IMG/VR virus record: IMGVR_UViG_3300035698_014446
Coordinates: 28,206 to 92,205 of that record
DNA: 64,000 bases
From: a virus
Reading direction: 5' to 3' (one strand)
Positions 50,101 through 60,382 of this stretch are shown one piece after another (the first letter of the stretch is position 1; each line of letters opens with the position of its first letter). Under the pieces are notes generated by a model. The model was not told the origin of the DNA. It did not search any database and saw only the letters and a list, made by a program, of their open reading frames with translations. Made by a program: the position numbers and the translations under genes.

Positions 50101-50454
50101 TCAAAAAACTATTATTATTACTACCACTTACACTGTTTGTTTCCGGGTGTTTACCGACATTAGTGCTTTTCTTTTTTGCTACTAGAGAACCAGCTTGGGC
50201 GCGTGAGCAAAGGTTGGAAAAAGAGGCAAGAGAAACAAGAGAAACTGTTGTCGCACCAGAAGATCATACTAAAAAGTAAACACTACCGCCGGTCGTTCGC
50301 CATTCGTGTCTTCCAACCGCTGAATCTCTGCATCGCTATACGGTGGGGCTATAATATTGGAACACCCGGTTATGTACATCAAAACATACCCCACTAATAA
50401 TCCCAATAAAATCCCAACAAATACTCTCATTATAGTCTTGATCATCATTTCTCC

Positions 50455-51390
50455 TCATACACAGGTCACATGGATTGGTTGAAATATAGTCCTCTTTTTC
50501 GACAGTAATTCCTCAGTTATCAATTCCATCTTTTCCCGCCCCAAATCACCGGGGTCCCCTTCCATGTGTACAAACACAGGAAATGCGTTCAATCTAAAGT
50601 TTCTTAATTTTTGTGCAACCATCATAATAGTTATGGCTGCGTCAGGGTCCCCTATAACAAAAACTGTTTTTACTTCATCGTCTCTTAGTTGGAGAATTTG
50701 TGTAGAGTTGATGCTTGAACCCATTATCGCATATGAAAACGGAGTCACAAAATGATCGAATACCCCTTCCACCAGTGATACCACGTCCCGGTGAACTTTT
50801 ACGTGTCTACCAAACAGAGGCTTTTCTGTGTTCTCCGCATCTTTCGTCCTTATGTCTTGGTTCCCCATCATCTTCCGACCCATATAGTAGACTATCTCTC
50901 CTGTCCCATCCCAGTACGGGAAGTACACACGGGGGTCCATAGGACACACGTATACCCTGTAGTCCCGTATCTGTTCCTTCGTGAGTCCCCTTTTGAGGCA
51001 ATACTTGAAAGCTCTCTCGCACAGAGACAAACTGTTCTGTATGTGTCTGGCCGTCGCTGGTTCTGATGGGTACAAAACACTGTATATAACAAATGCGTTC
51101 TTCGGTAGAACAATTTTTCCGGTAGACTTACTACCGAGTAAGTCTTTCGATAGCAAATTTTGAGTTAATTTCTTCCATTGTACCCTATTACTAAGTATTA
51201 CACTGGATAACCGTCCACCACAAGGGCACTTAAAACAGTTATATCTACCATTTGATATGTTAACGCTGAAATGAGATTCATCACCGCATTCTGGACAGGC
51301 TATGAATAACTCTCTACCTGCAATATGGTACGCTCCGTCATGTATGTGTGCCACTACGTACTGATATACTTGCTTGAGATTATTCATCAA
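50455..51390 (-). CDS. DNA primase (Zn finger and TOPRIM)
   Basis: CPEC...H...CFKC, LVEGVFD, GDPD, DPGD. Confidence 0.9.
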   Translation of the reverse strand: MMNNLKQVYQYVVAHIHDGAYHIAGRELFIACPECGDESHFSVNISNGRYNCFKCPCGGRLSSVILSNRVQWKKLTQNLLSKDLLGSKSTGKIVLPKNAFVIYSVLYPSEPATARHIQNSLSLCERAFKYCLKRGLTKEQIRDYRVYVCPMDPRVYFPYWDGTGEIVYYMGRKMMGNQDIRTKDAENTEKPLFGRHVKVHRDVVSLVEGVFDHFVTPFSYAIMGSSINSTQILQLRDDEVKTVFVIGDPDAAITIMMVAQKLRNFRLNAFPVFVHMEGDPGDLGREKMELITEELLSKKRTIFQPIHVTCV

Positions 51391-51552
51391 TCATGAACCT
51401 TCATCAGTCTATACATATGAAAATTGATCATTAAAGACATGGCTTCGTCGTGGGTAAATCCGGCTTTTATCAAAGCAACAAAATAATTCCTGAGATATGT
51501 AGGCCACACCTCACAAACCATGGCCATTTCCTGATCAATGTGCGATCTGACT

Positions 51553-51909
51553 TCATCGTTTATCATGTGCTAAAACCCATAAATCAATCATTTTGTTCAT
51601 TTCTACACCTATAGAATGTATCAACGACGAATTAACATCGTCTCTTGGCTCAAATATCTGATGTAGATATTTATCATATAATACTTCCCAAGGTACACCA
51701 TACTGTAATGCTATACTTATGGTTATGGCAAAAGCTTCGACAAATCCAGATATGGCACTACCTTCTTTAGCCACAGTAACAAACAATTCCATCGGTTGTA
51801 CGTCTACGAAATTAACCGTCAGATAATACGTAAGGCCACACGCATCTACCCGTTTGGTTAGCCCAAATCTCACCTCTGGTAATTTGGTCCTATTACTTCC
51901 GTGTTTCAT
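51553..51909 (-). CDS. Stand-alone TSCPD-domain protein (class II RNR C-terminal domain)
   Basis: CG..YYLTVN...PMELFV...KEGS...ISIALQYGVP...FEP. Confidence 0.8.
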   Translation of the reverse strand: MKHGSNRTKLPEVRFGLTKRVDACGLTYYLTVNFVDVQPMELFVTVAKEGSAISGFVEAFAITISIALQYGVPWEVLYDKYLHQIFEPRDDVNSSLIHSIGVEMNKMIDLWVLAHDKR

Positions 51910-53631
51910 ATTGTCTATTTCCTTTTTCACCATTACATCTTTATCAAATCCCACATTGGCGTCCCATAACAAGTCTCATGCCAGTCCGGAACACCAAATC
52001 TGTCATTATGATCTAATTCTCTTTTACCGCACCTCTTACATTTTCTCCAGTGTGGTGGAAATCCCGATAAACCGTACTCTTTCCACAGATGATCTCTTTT
52101 TAGCTTACACCATATCGGAGCAAGATAGATGCGCTCAATTATATCCACACATTTGTAGTACTGATCTTTTATCCACAGAAATTCAGGGACATAAAACGAA
52201 ATATGTATTGTTTTCTTTTTCATTTCCTTTTCCAATGTACCCTTCTGTTAAAATGTCTCCCCCGATTCATTGGCGGCGCACCAGCACGAAACTGATTTGT
52301 ACGCAGACTACGATTTATTCTTACTTTGTTTCTTTTGACAAATACTGGAGTCCAGTATATAATAGATAATATGTACTCGTCCCAACACTTGCAATATATA
52401 GTTCTTACTACAGCACCGAACGCTTCCAGAGCAAGCATCGCTTCCTCTATACTGGCAATAAGCTTTGCAAGGTCAGATTCAAATTCCCTAACTACCTCTA
52501 CAACAATAGTTCCATCAGCTATTCCATTGGCTATTTCACTGTCTGTATTTGCAGTACCATCATCACTTAGAGGATTCATAGCAATCATTACCAACTCCTT
52601 TAGCGAGATTCATATATTATTTCGGCAAAGCAATCATCGCACTGATCATCACCACATGATAACCCGTTATTAAAATGCTCAGTTGCCAATTTACCGCATT
52701 TACATTGCTTAAGGGAGCCTTGAACCATACCACCTAACACACCCGAATCACAGGTACACTATGCGTATCCGTTAGTCGGACATGGCGGCTGGTGTTTTAC
52801 CATTTCGAAGTCTATCCGTTTTCGTCCTTGTCCTGATGCCCCTGCGGTAAAGGGTGTTCACCCAACATCGTTTCGGTAACCGTCGGTTCGATACTGGATT
52901 GTGCCTGCATTTCCGCAATTACACCCTTTTCGATAGCGGTGTTCTTGTTAGCGGTGGACAATACCCGTTTCGCATAAAGAACACGTGTTTTGAACTCCAA
53001 CGTATTCGTCCCTTTGTCGCTACCCTTAAGCATAGGCTCATCACTTGCTAGCCTTTTTAATGCCTCTTGAAGTCGCGCTTGTATGTTCATCATTTAACCT
53101 TTCAAAACTGGAAAGTGGACAACCGTTAGATAAATCCACCTTCCATGATCACATTCATTTAATCATTCGTCGAAACAACAACAAATAATGGTCGCTAATA
53201 ATGCATAATACACCTCTCTTTCTGCATTTTAGAATCTCCATTTCCATTTCCACTTACCGCCACCAGCATACAGCAGTAGCTGGACGTAAAATCTAAAAGC
53301 CCACAATATCAAGAATATGATGATCAGTAATGGTCCGGATAGCAACGCAGCAATTAATCTTTTAAATTTCGTCCATGTACTACATTCGTGCCACATTCTC
53401 CTATCACTACGCATTCTTATCCCATCGTCCGGCCTAACCATCTTCTTTTCTCCTAAAATAGATACATTCTTCACTGATAATCCTATACATTTTATCAGTA
53501 GGTCCCGTCCGTGACGTAGGCTTAAATATCTTTATGTGTCTTTTTAACGACTTAATCAGTTTATCAATAATCTTACATATACAAAAATGTATGCAATCTT
53601 TGCATGTCTTATTTTTTCCCACTTTTTCTCT

Positions 53632-53952
53632 CTAAAAATTATATACAATATAACATTGTATTATATGCCACAACTGATCAAGATAAAAGTACCATGTTGG
53701 AAAACTTTTATCTTTAGGTAACCGTTTTCTGGAATTAAAGACCCACTGATCACAAATAACATGACCTAAAAATAGAAAGTAAAATTTCCAATCAGCCATT
53801 CGATCTTGGTATTGTAGTGCGGTACAGATGCAAAATGTCCATATCATACCATGACATAACATAGTATACCGGTACTTACCTTTGTTAAGGGCAATCCATT
53901 CTTTTTGTAGGGCAAAATCACCTATATAGTGTGCAAAAATTAACCAAATCAT
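53632..53952 (-). CDS. DUF3307 membrane protein
   Basis: AHYIGDFALQ...H...H...D...DQLWH. Confidence 0.85.
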   Translation of the reverse strand: MIWLIFAHYIGDFALQKEWIALNKGKYRYTMLCHGMIWTFCICTALQYQDRMADWKFYFLFLGHVICDQWVFNSRKRLPKDKSFPTWYFYLDQLWHIIQCYIVYNF

Positions 53953-53955
53953 ATT

Positions 53956-54252
53956 TTACCAATCTAATGCGTTTGAATCAATACAAGCTATAGCAAAAGT
54001 ACAAGATACGCCTAAATCTTCTAATTCCTTTTTTACTTCTATTAACGATTTTCCGTGAACTGCATCAATCAGTTCATCATACTCTTCAACGATTATTCCC
54101 AACAATTCGTGTCTTGACAACCACGCACCCGCTCCCTTTTCTTGAAGTCTCATGCGTAATTTAGTAAGTACTTTTGAATGCGCCACACGAATAGTTTCAT
54201 CTTTTATTTGTGACCGGTGATCTTTGTCGCTCCTTTTTTGAGTCTTACTCAT
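53956..54252 (-). CDS. MazG-like nucleotide pyrophosphohydrolase (MazZ candidate)
   Basis: EEYDEL...KELED all-alpha NTP-PPase motif, 98 aa. Confidence 0.7.
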   Translation of the reverse strand: MSKTQKRSDKDHRSQIKDETIRVAHSKVLTKLRMRLQEKGAGAWLSRHELLGIIVEEYDELIDAVHGKSLIEVKKELEDLGVSCTFAIACIDSNALDW

Positions 54253-54845
54253 GTTTTTCTACCTATCACATTAACAGAAAATCTAACTCGTTTCCTTTCC
54301 CCCGGCTTTATTTCAAAACCGAACAACCGTTTAAAAGCAGAAGAACAGAGGCGGAAATATTTAGGTAAATTAAACACTTCATCTTTTCCTATAACCACAT
54401 CACCCACCCCACCAATTACAACATATCTCATTACCTCTTTACCATACGATATTGTACTACCTATTCCCTTATACCGAACTTTTACATCCGTATATTCAAT
54501 CGGTTGTGGAAATTGATTATAGTCCCACACATCATAACAAGTATCCCCGCCACTGTCCCTCGTTATCCAAAAAGTTTTAGTTTTTGCTTTTTGTGTCTTA
54601 CTCATTTTGGTTCCACCACCCAACTAACATCAATCTAGTACAATTTTCCCGTTTTAAAATTAGCTATATACAATCTTCTTTGGTAGCCTATACGATTAAG
54701 TATATCACCTGTCTGTACAACGCCGTCCGTTTTTCTTCGAAATTTTACCATATCCCCAACTTTGAATAATCTACAAAATTTAGCATTTGTAGTTGTTTTT
54801 GCTTCCTCTTCTCTTTCAAGAACTTTTTTGTATTCAATCCAATTT

Positions 54846-56105
54846 TTATTCATGTTTTTTCTCCAATGGGTCCCACACATGTTGTACGGCAAAATCAACC
54901 GCCAAATCTCTTTTCTTGTGAGCCTCACTGTCCCGCACCTTAGACGTAAACAATGATATACTTCCTCGTTGTTCGTCCTCAAGTGTACGACCAAATCCAA
55001 TAACTATATCCGGACTTTCCATAGAACCCCATGATTCACCAGCATGCTCATAACCAATTACATCTTTACCTACTTGTGTCTTATTTACCTGTCTCGCTGT
55101 CCAGTGTACTAATTTCATACTTTTAGCCATCTGTTTACAGTCTTCAAATATTTCCCGTAATGCGTGTCGTGGTTCGTTGTTTCTTGTCATAGCCTTGAAT
55201 CTGTCTGCGTAATCAGTAACAACCAAATCCACTTTTCTTTCCCTTACTTCCTCCACTGTCCTTATGAAGGCTGCTGCGTCACTAACGGTTGATATTCTGG
55301 TAGACAAATCTTTGATTTCACAAGAACCGCCGTATTTCACCAAAAATCTGGTTCTTTTACTAAGAGATTGCTTGTGTTTATTAGCCAAATCCTTCTTTGT
55401 CATTCGACAGATCGTTTGCATTATGCGTCGTTTGATCTTACGTTCTCCATCCTCAAACGTGAAATATACCACCGACTTACCTAACAGTAATGCGTGTCTA
55501 ATAATGTTACATAATACTGTAGTCTTACCTCCACCTATCACGGTGAGTACTACACACAAATCGCCTATTTCTGGTCCACCCTCCAGTTGGTCATTAAGCC
55601 ACCCCCAAGGTGTGGGTATAACTTCTTTTCTTTCATGCTCGGTGTCTTTGTCCAAAGAAGTATGAGAGAATAATAAGTCGTCCCCAACCTTGGAGGCTCG
55701 TTGGATACTATCGGCTAATTCACTTGGGTTTTTGATACCTAAATTCAGTATGTCTTCAATAGCTGTCCATTTTGCCCAATTGAGTATTCTGTCCTGTATA
55801 TACTCTATATTTTCACATGGTTCTGCACCCTCAATTATACCAATGGCGTCTGCTTTATTCCTGAACAAACTCCTCCTGATCATATCGGATAAAGTACCGT
55901 TTATGGGGTGTTCACCATACTGTTCATAATATTCGTGTACTGTACGAACTATGAATTTGTTTGTGTCGTCTATAAATGCATCCGAACTTATTACAGACTT
56001 GAACTTACCCATAAACTCTGGGTTTTTTAGCACAGCCTGAATTACAGTCTTCTCAAAATCAGGTCCTAATTCCTGATTGCCATACCCAACGATCTTGTCT
56101 TCCAT
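54846..56105 (-). CDS. Replicative DnaB-like helicase
   Basis: GGGKTT, FTFE, VTDYAD, TARQVNK, KVR. Confidence 0.9.
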   Translation of the reverse strand: MEDKIVGYGNQELGPDFEKTVIQAVLKNPEFMGKFKSVISSDAFIDDTNKFIVRTVHEYYEQYGEHPINGTLSDMIRRSLFRNKADAIGIIEGAEPCENIEYIQDRILNWAKWTAIEDILNLGIKNPSELADSIQRASKVGDDLLFSHTSLDKDTEHERKEVIPTPWGWLNDQLEGGPEIGDLCVVLTVIGGGKTTVLCNIIRHALLLGKSVVYFTFEDGERKIKRRIMQTICRMTKKDLANKHKQSLSKRTRFLVKYGGSCEIKDLSTRISTVSDAAAFIRTVEEVRERKVDLVVTDYADRFKAMTRNNEPRHALREIFEDCKQMAKSMKLVHWTARQVNKTQVGKDVIGYEHAGESWGSMESPDIVIGFGRTLEDEQRGSISLFTSKVRDSEAHKKRDLAVDFAVQHVWDPLEKKHE

Positions 56106-56117
56106 GGCTTCCTTAGA

Positions 56118-56573
56118 TTAGTTTTTTGTAGAACCGAATCCTTTCTCTCCACGAACAGTCTCCGGCATTTCCTCCTCAACTACTGTTAACACCGGAGTGG
56201 CAACAATTATTAGTTGCGACAGACTTTCCCACGGTTTAATCAATACCGGTCTGTCAATATGCATAAGATTTGGATGCCAAACAAATGAAAATATAGGTCC
56301 GGTGTACCCACTATCTATCAGGCCGCCTACCACGAACAGCTTTTTCTTAAAGAACGTGGATGATCTTGCCCGGACCAGTCCACAGAATCCGTCCGGGATT
56401 TTAACCCGTATTCCGGCATTAACCTGTATGCTCTGGTATGGTGCAAGGGTTAATGTTTCATCTGTAGCATTAAACAGATCAAACCCGGCATCACCTTTCA
56501 AAGCTTTACTAAATTCTGCTCTGTCACGTACTTCATCGTTATCGTATTGAACAATTATCTGCGGATTACTCAT
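56118..56573 (-). CDS. dut: Trimeric dUTPase-fold protein
   Basis: DAGFDL, RSS, GLIDSGYTG, SQLII, RGEKGFGST. Confidence 0.85.
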   Translation of the reverse strand: MSNPQIIVQYDNDEVRDRAEFSKALKGDAGFDLFNATDETLTLAPYQSIQVNAGIRVKIPDGFCGLVRARSSTFFKKKLFVVGGLIDSGYTGPIFSFVWHPNLMHIDRPVLIKPWESLSQLIIVATPVLTVVEEEMPETVRGEKGFGSTKN

Positions 56574-57214
56574 ATTTGCATTTCCTTTATTGACAAAGCT
56601 TTATAGTTCCCAGAAGCAATCATCTTCTTTGTTAATTGGTGTATTTCAATCATCGATGCTCGGTCTGTGTCGATTCTCTGTTGCAAGAACTCTTTTTCCT
56701 CACTACTACCACACAAGGCCATCCGCCCACTGATTCTGTCTTTGTGGTCGTTCTCGTCCACGTACAAAAATCGCATTTCAACATTTACGTTCCGCGTGGA
56801 CGCGAAAGAACTGTTCATCAACCACAATAACTGTTGTGGCTTTCTGGGGAATGAATCAGTTATTACATCCATGTCATTATAATACGCAAGATTCATAGCG
56901 TGGTGCATCATGCTATTTACCCAATGATCTGTCGCCTCCGGAGAACCCGGATTAGGCAAATCCTTGAAAAATTCAGCACCCACTGTCTCTCGGAAGAATC
57001 TACCTATACTTAAGGTAAGTGGTCTATTTTTCCCTTCGTACTCCGACGCATACCGACCATCCAGATCGGCGATAGCTCTCATATACGTTGTTTTTCCTGA
57101 ACACGCTACGGCATTCAGACAAATTAAATTTATACCCTTCATAACATCCTTTCCTGTACTAAGAGGCGCTGGAACATAGCCGCAACTTTTACAATCATCG
57201 CGTGAATCAACCAT
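56570..57214 (-). CDS. Adenylate-kinase-like nucleoside monophosphate kinase
   Basis: ACSGKTT P-loop, SIGRFFR, DSFPR..QQ (DGFPR in AK). Confidence 0.75.
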   Translation of the reverse strand: MVDSRDDCKSCGYVPAPLSTGKDVMKGINLICLNAVACSGKTTYMRAIADLDGRYASEYEGKNRPLTLSIGRFFRETVGAEFFKDLPNPGSPEATDHWVNSMMHHAMNLAYYNDMDVITDSFPRKPQQLLWLMNSSFASTRNVNVEMRFLYVDENDHKDRISGRMALCGSSEEKEFLQQRIDTDRASMIEIHQLTKKMIASGNYKALSIKEMQI

Positions 57215-57220
57215 GGTGCA

Positions 57221-58375
57221 TCAATCCTCTATATATTGAAATTCTTCATTTTTCATAAATCGGTCATGTCCGCACTGTATACAACTGTCATGCTTATCGG
57301 AAATCGTACCACATTGACAACACTTCCAGTCCATCACTCGAAGTACTCTCATATCCTTGTTCATCGCCCCGGTCCCCAACAGCGTCAGCTTACATCCGTG
57401 GTCCGCCAGCAGTTTTCCCTTATCACTCAAAAACTCTTCCAATTCGTGCTGGTTGATGTAATTAACGAAATTCAGGAACGCGTAATCCGGTTTTACCGCA
57501 CACAAGAACCGTTCAACCTGCTTGTCCGACCATGTAAACAATCGGCGAATCCGTTTAGTTACCGTGGTCCTCTCTTCCACATTCATCCCAATCTTCGCAC
57601 TCAAATCAACCCACGTCATTTCGTGCTGATCATGGTAGAAAGGGCCGCTGGTCCCGCCGGGGGTATTACCTACTCGTATGGGGTAAGTCCTGAGGCTTGC
57701 GAAGATGGAACCGCAATCCTTCACGCTTACTCCGGCGTTATCCAGCACCCTTCCCACCATGCAATCTCTGCTCGTGCAATACGGCCACTCGAATCCGTTG
57801 TTTAGCCCAAGGTCAAAACCTTGTGCTGTCTCCAGTAACGCTGTCTTGCCGTGCTTGAGCAGTCTCTGCATCAACTTATGTGTATCGCATACAAACTCTC
57901 TCAGTTTGGGATTATCTTTAGCCAAATGCGCCTTTTCTGGACTTCTCCACATTTTCCTAATCACTGACGCACAGCTACCCTGCATAGTACTGGATATGCT
58001 GTTTAGTTCTTCTCGCTCCGTAGCTGCGTCTGCATCACACAAAACGGTTACTAACGGGTGTATATGTAGTGAAAATTTCCTCGTTGCAAACTGTTCACGC
58101 AACAATTCCTCAAAAACCCTTGCTTCCTGAATCACTGCGTGGGGACCGACGATCACATTTTCTATGTAATCAAAACTTATTGCCGATGGTAGGGCTTTGG
58201 TGATGTGTGATACCCCATCATCACTTACATATGTATGCCCGGCGTTCGGCATGAAATCACACACAGCGACGGTTATTTCTGGATACGTATTATACAAATA
58301 TGCAGCCAATTTTCCTTTTCCAGTTGACCCCCACTGTCCATCGATAATCACGTTGGCTTTTCCTGTTTGAATCAT
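57221..58375 (-). CDS. purZ: N6-succino-2-amino-2'-deoxyadenylate synthase (PurZ)
   Basis: GQWGSTGKG (Ser in place of the PurA catalytic Asp), PNAGHT, YCTSRD, RTYPIRVG, TTVTKRIRR, LNFVNY in place of PurA TKLD. Confidence 0.92.
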   Translation of the reverse strand: MIQTGKANVIIDGQWGSTGKGKLAAYLYNTYPEITVAVCDFMPNAGHTYVSDDGVSHITKALPSAISFDYIENVIVGPHAVIQEARVFEELLREQFATRKFSLHIHPLVTVLCDADAATEREELNSISSTMQGSCASVIRKMWRSPEKAHLAKDNPKLREFVCDTHKLMQRLLKHGKTALLETAQGFDLGLNNGFEWPYCTSRDCMVGRVLDNAGVSVKDCGSIFASLRTYPIRVGNTPGGTSGPFYHDQHEMTWVDLSAKIGMNVEERTTVTKRIRRLFTWSDKQVERFLCAVKPDYAFLNFVNYINQHELEEFLSDKGKLLADHGCKLTLLGTGAMNKDMRVLRVMDWKCCQCGTISDKHDSCIQCGHDRFMKNEEFQYIED

Positions 58376-58406
58376 TTCATCAGTTCCTTTTTACGAAAAA
58401 CTTATT

Positions 58407-59570
58407 TTATGCCTTAATCACGGCTAACGGTTTTAGTTCAACCACTATATCTACTAAATCTTTTTGATTTTCCATGACAACTGTTATATCTTTATACGCG
58501 CCGGATGCCTCATCCAAATCTGTTACTGATCGAATAGAATGGATAATGTTGGAATCATTGAGAAACTTAATTTCTTTCTCAAGATCAAGTTCACGCCTTG
58601 CTTGATTCCTGCCCATTTTTCTACCAGCACCGTGGGAACAAGACATAAAACTATCACGACAACCCTTACCCTTAACAATGTAACTTGATGTACCTTGTGA
58701 CCCAGGTATTATTCCAATTTCACCATCTTTGGCGGACGTTGCACCCTTACGATGAACTATAACATTTTTACCAAAATGATTTTCCCACCGAGCATAATTA
58801 TGGTGTACATCAATTGGGGAATCGTTAAAATTTTCTGATGTTGGTCCATCGAGGCAGTACTCTACTTTTTTCATCATTAATGCTCTACTATTTTTTGCAA
58901 ACATTAGTGCGTAATTCATAGCCTCTATGTATTCTTTAGCTTCGTTTGTTTCTATCGGTAGAAACGCAAGACCATCCTCACCTTTACAGACAGGAATGTT
59001 AGAATACCATCTTTCACAAAGTGATTGTGCGATTTTGTTGTACTCTTTAGCTATTTTAAGTCCGAAATTACGACTTCCGGAATGAAGCATTATCCATATA
59101 TAACCATCAGACCCCTGTTGTATTTCTATAAAATGGTTTCCACCACCAAGCGTCCCCATCTGCTTTCTCGCTGACGCAAGTTGTTTTTGTATTACTGGTA
59201 TATCTGGTGCGACAGCAAACCCCGACCAGTATTGGTTTTCTTTATGATGATTGAATCCTAACGGTATTACTTCTCTAATAGCAGACATAACCATCTTTAA
59301 TTCTGCAGTAGTAATAGATTTTCTGGCAGTTTTAACAGCACACATACCACAACCAATATCCACACCTACCGCGTTAGGAATTACTACGCCGTTTGTGGCT
59401 AAAACTCCTCCTATTGGCATGCCGTACCCTCTGTGAGCATCCGGCATTATAGCTACGTGTTTAAACGTAAATGGGAGATTTGCTAAATCTATAGCTTGTT
59501 TCACAGCCCCATCCTCAATGTCGTCTAACCACATTTTTATAGGTTTGCTCTCTGTTATTAATACTTTCAT
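58407..59570 (-). CDS. rtcB: RtcB RNA ligase
   Basis: MPDAHRGYG, VGVDIGCG, GTLGGGNHF, HSGSR, HRKGA, SHGAGR, DEASGAYKDI. Confidence 0.95.
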   Translation of the reverse strand: MKVLITESKPIKMWLDDIEDGAVKQAIDLANLPFTFKHVAIMPDAHRGYGMPIGGVLATNGVVIPNAVGVDIGCGMCAVKTARKSITTAELKMVMSAIREVIPLGFNHHKENQYWSGFAVAPDIPVIQKQLASARKQMGTLGGGNHFIEIQQGSDGYIWIMLHSGSRNFGLKIAKEYNKIAQSLCERWYSNIPVCKGEDGLAFLPIETNEAKEYIEAMNYALMFAKNSRALMMKKVEYCLDGPTSENFNDSPIDVHHNYARWENHFGKNVIVHRKGATSAKDGEIGIIPGSQGTSSYIVKGKGCRDSFMSCSHGAGRKMGRNQARRELDLEKEIKFLNDSNIIHSIRSVTDLDEASGAYKDITVVMENQKDLVDIVVELKPLAVIKA

Positions 59571-60193
59571 TTTCCACTCTTTAGTCTTTCTACCATTTTA
59601 TTGAAACCACAAGTACATTTAAATGGCTTATTATCAAGTCTTGGCATACGATTTATATGACAATTTGTTTCGTGTCTCATATACCTTTTTACATCTTTTA
59701 ACTGTCTTCGCATTATTAACCACGATATACAGATAGAGTATCCTTCCTCGTCAAATGCTTGTCTACACCCACTCTTGTAGTATTTAACCATCGAAACTAA
59801 TACTTTAAGTACTTTCACTGGTATCCCTCATACAACACTGAACACATTCACCCATACCTATTATATGTATTTTACCAAAGGGCATATTTGATTCTTTCGG
59901 TCAACATGTTATCACCGATTTACGTTTACAGACATATTCATCCATCCCGTCTTCATTCACGTCCCCTACATTATGTGCATGTACACAATCAGCCATTTTT
60001 CTTTCTCACTATGACAGGATAAGAACCATGTTCGTCTATCCTGATAATAGTCCATGTTTTACCATTACTCGGTAATACTACATCATCCCCCACTTTTGGC
60101 CACCCATCAAATAACACCGTTCCTTCCGGTTCTGGGGCGTCGTCCGGATACTCACACATTACGCCAAGACCAATTTTCATACTATTATCCTAT

Positions 60194-60239
60194 AAAAAAT
60201 GGCAAGCGTGGGCAACTTCCGGTTAACCCACGCCGCCAC
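60194..60239 (-). terminator. Rho-independent terminator downstream of the SSB gene
   Basis: Stem tggc..gcgtggg/cccacgc.gcca followed by T5 on the minus strand. Confidence 0.65.
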
Positions 60240-60382
60240 CCGTACGAGGATACATTTATCGCTCCGTCGCTATCTCGCATGCAGTAGCACATTTGCTACT
60301 GTACTCACACTTTGCACATTCCTTGTCTTTCAAATCGAAACATGCAGGGTTCCCCAAACACATCGGGGCCTGTTCGTCACCA

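Noticed and set aside
57221-58375. Ordinary purA auxiliary metabolic gene
   Set aside because: GSTGKG instead of GDEGKG and NF instead of TKLD indicate PurZ.
60194-60382. tRNA gene on the minus strand (a CCA end is present)
   Set aside because: It folds as a single terminator hairpin with a T-run. No cloverleaf or T-loop.
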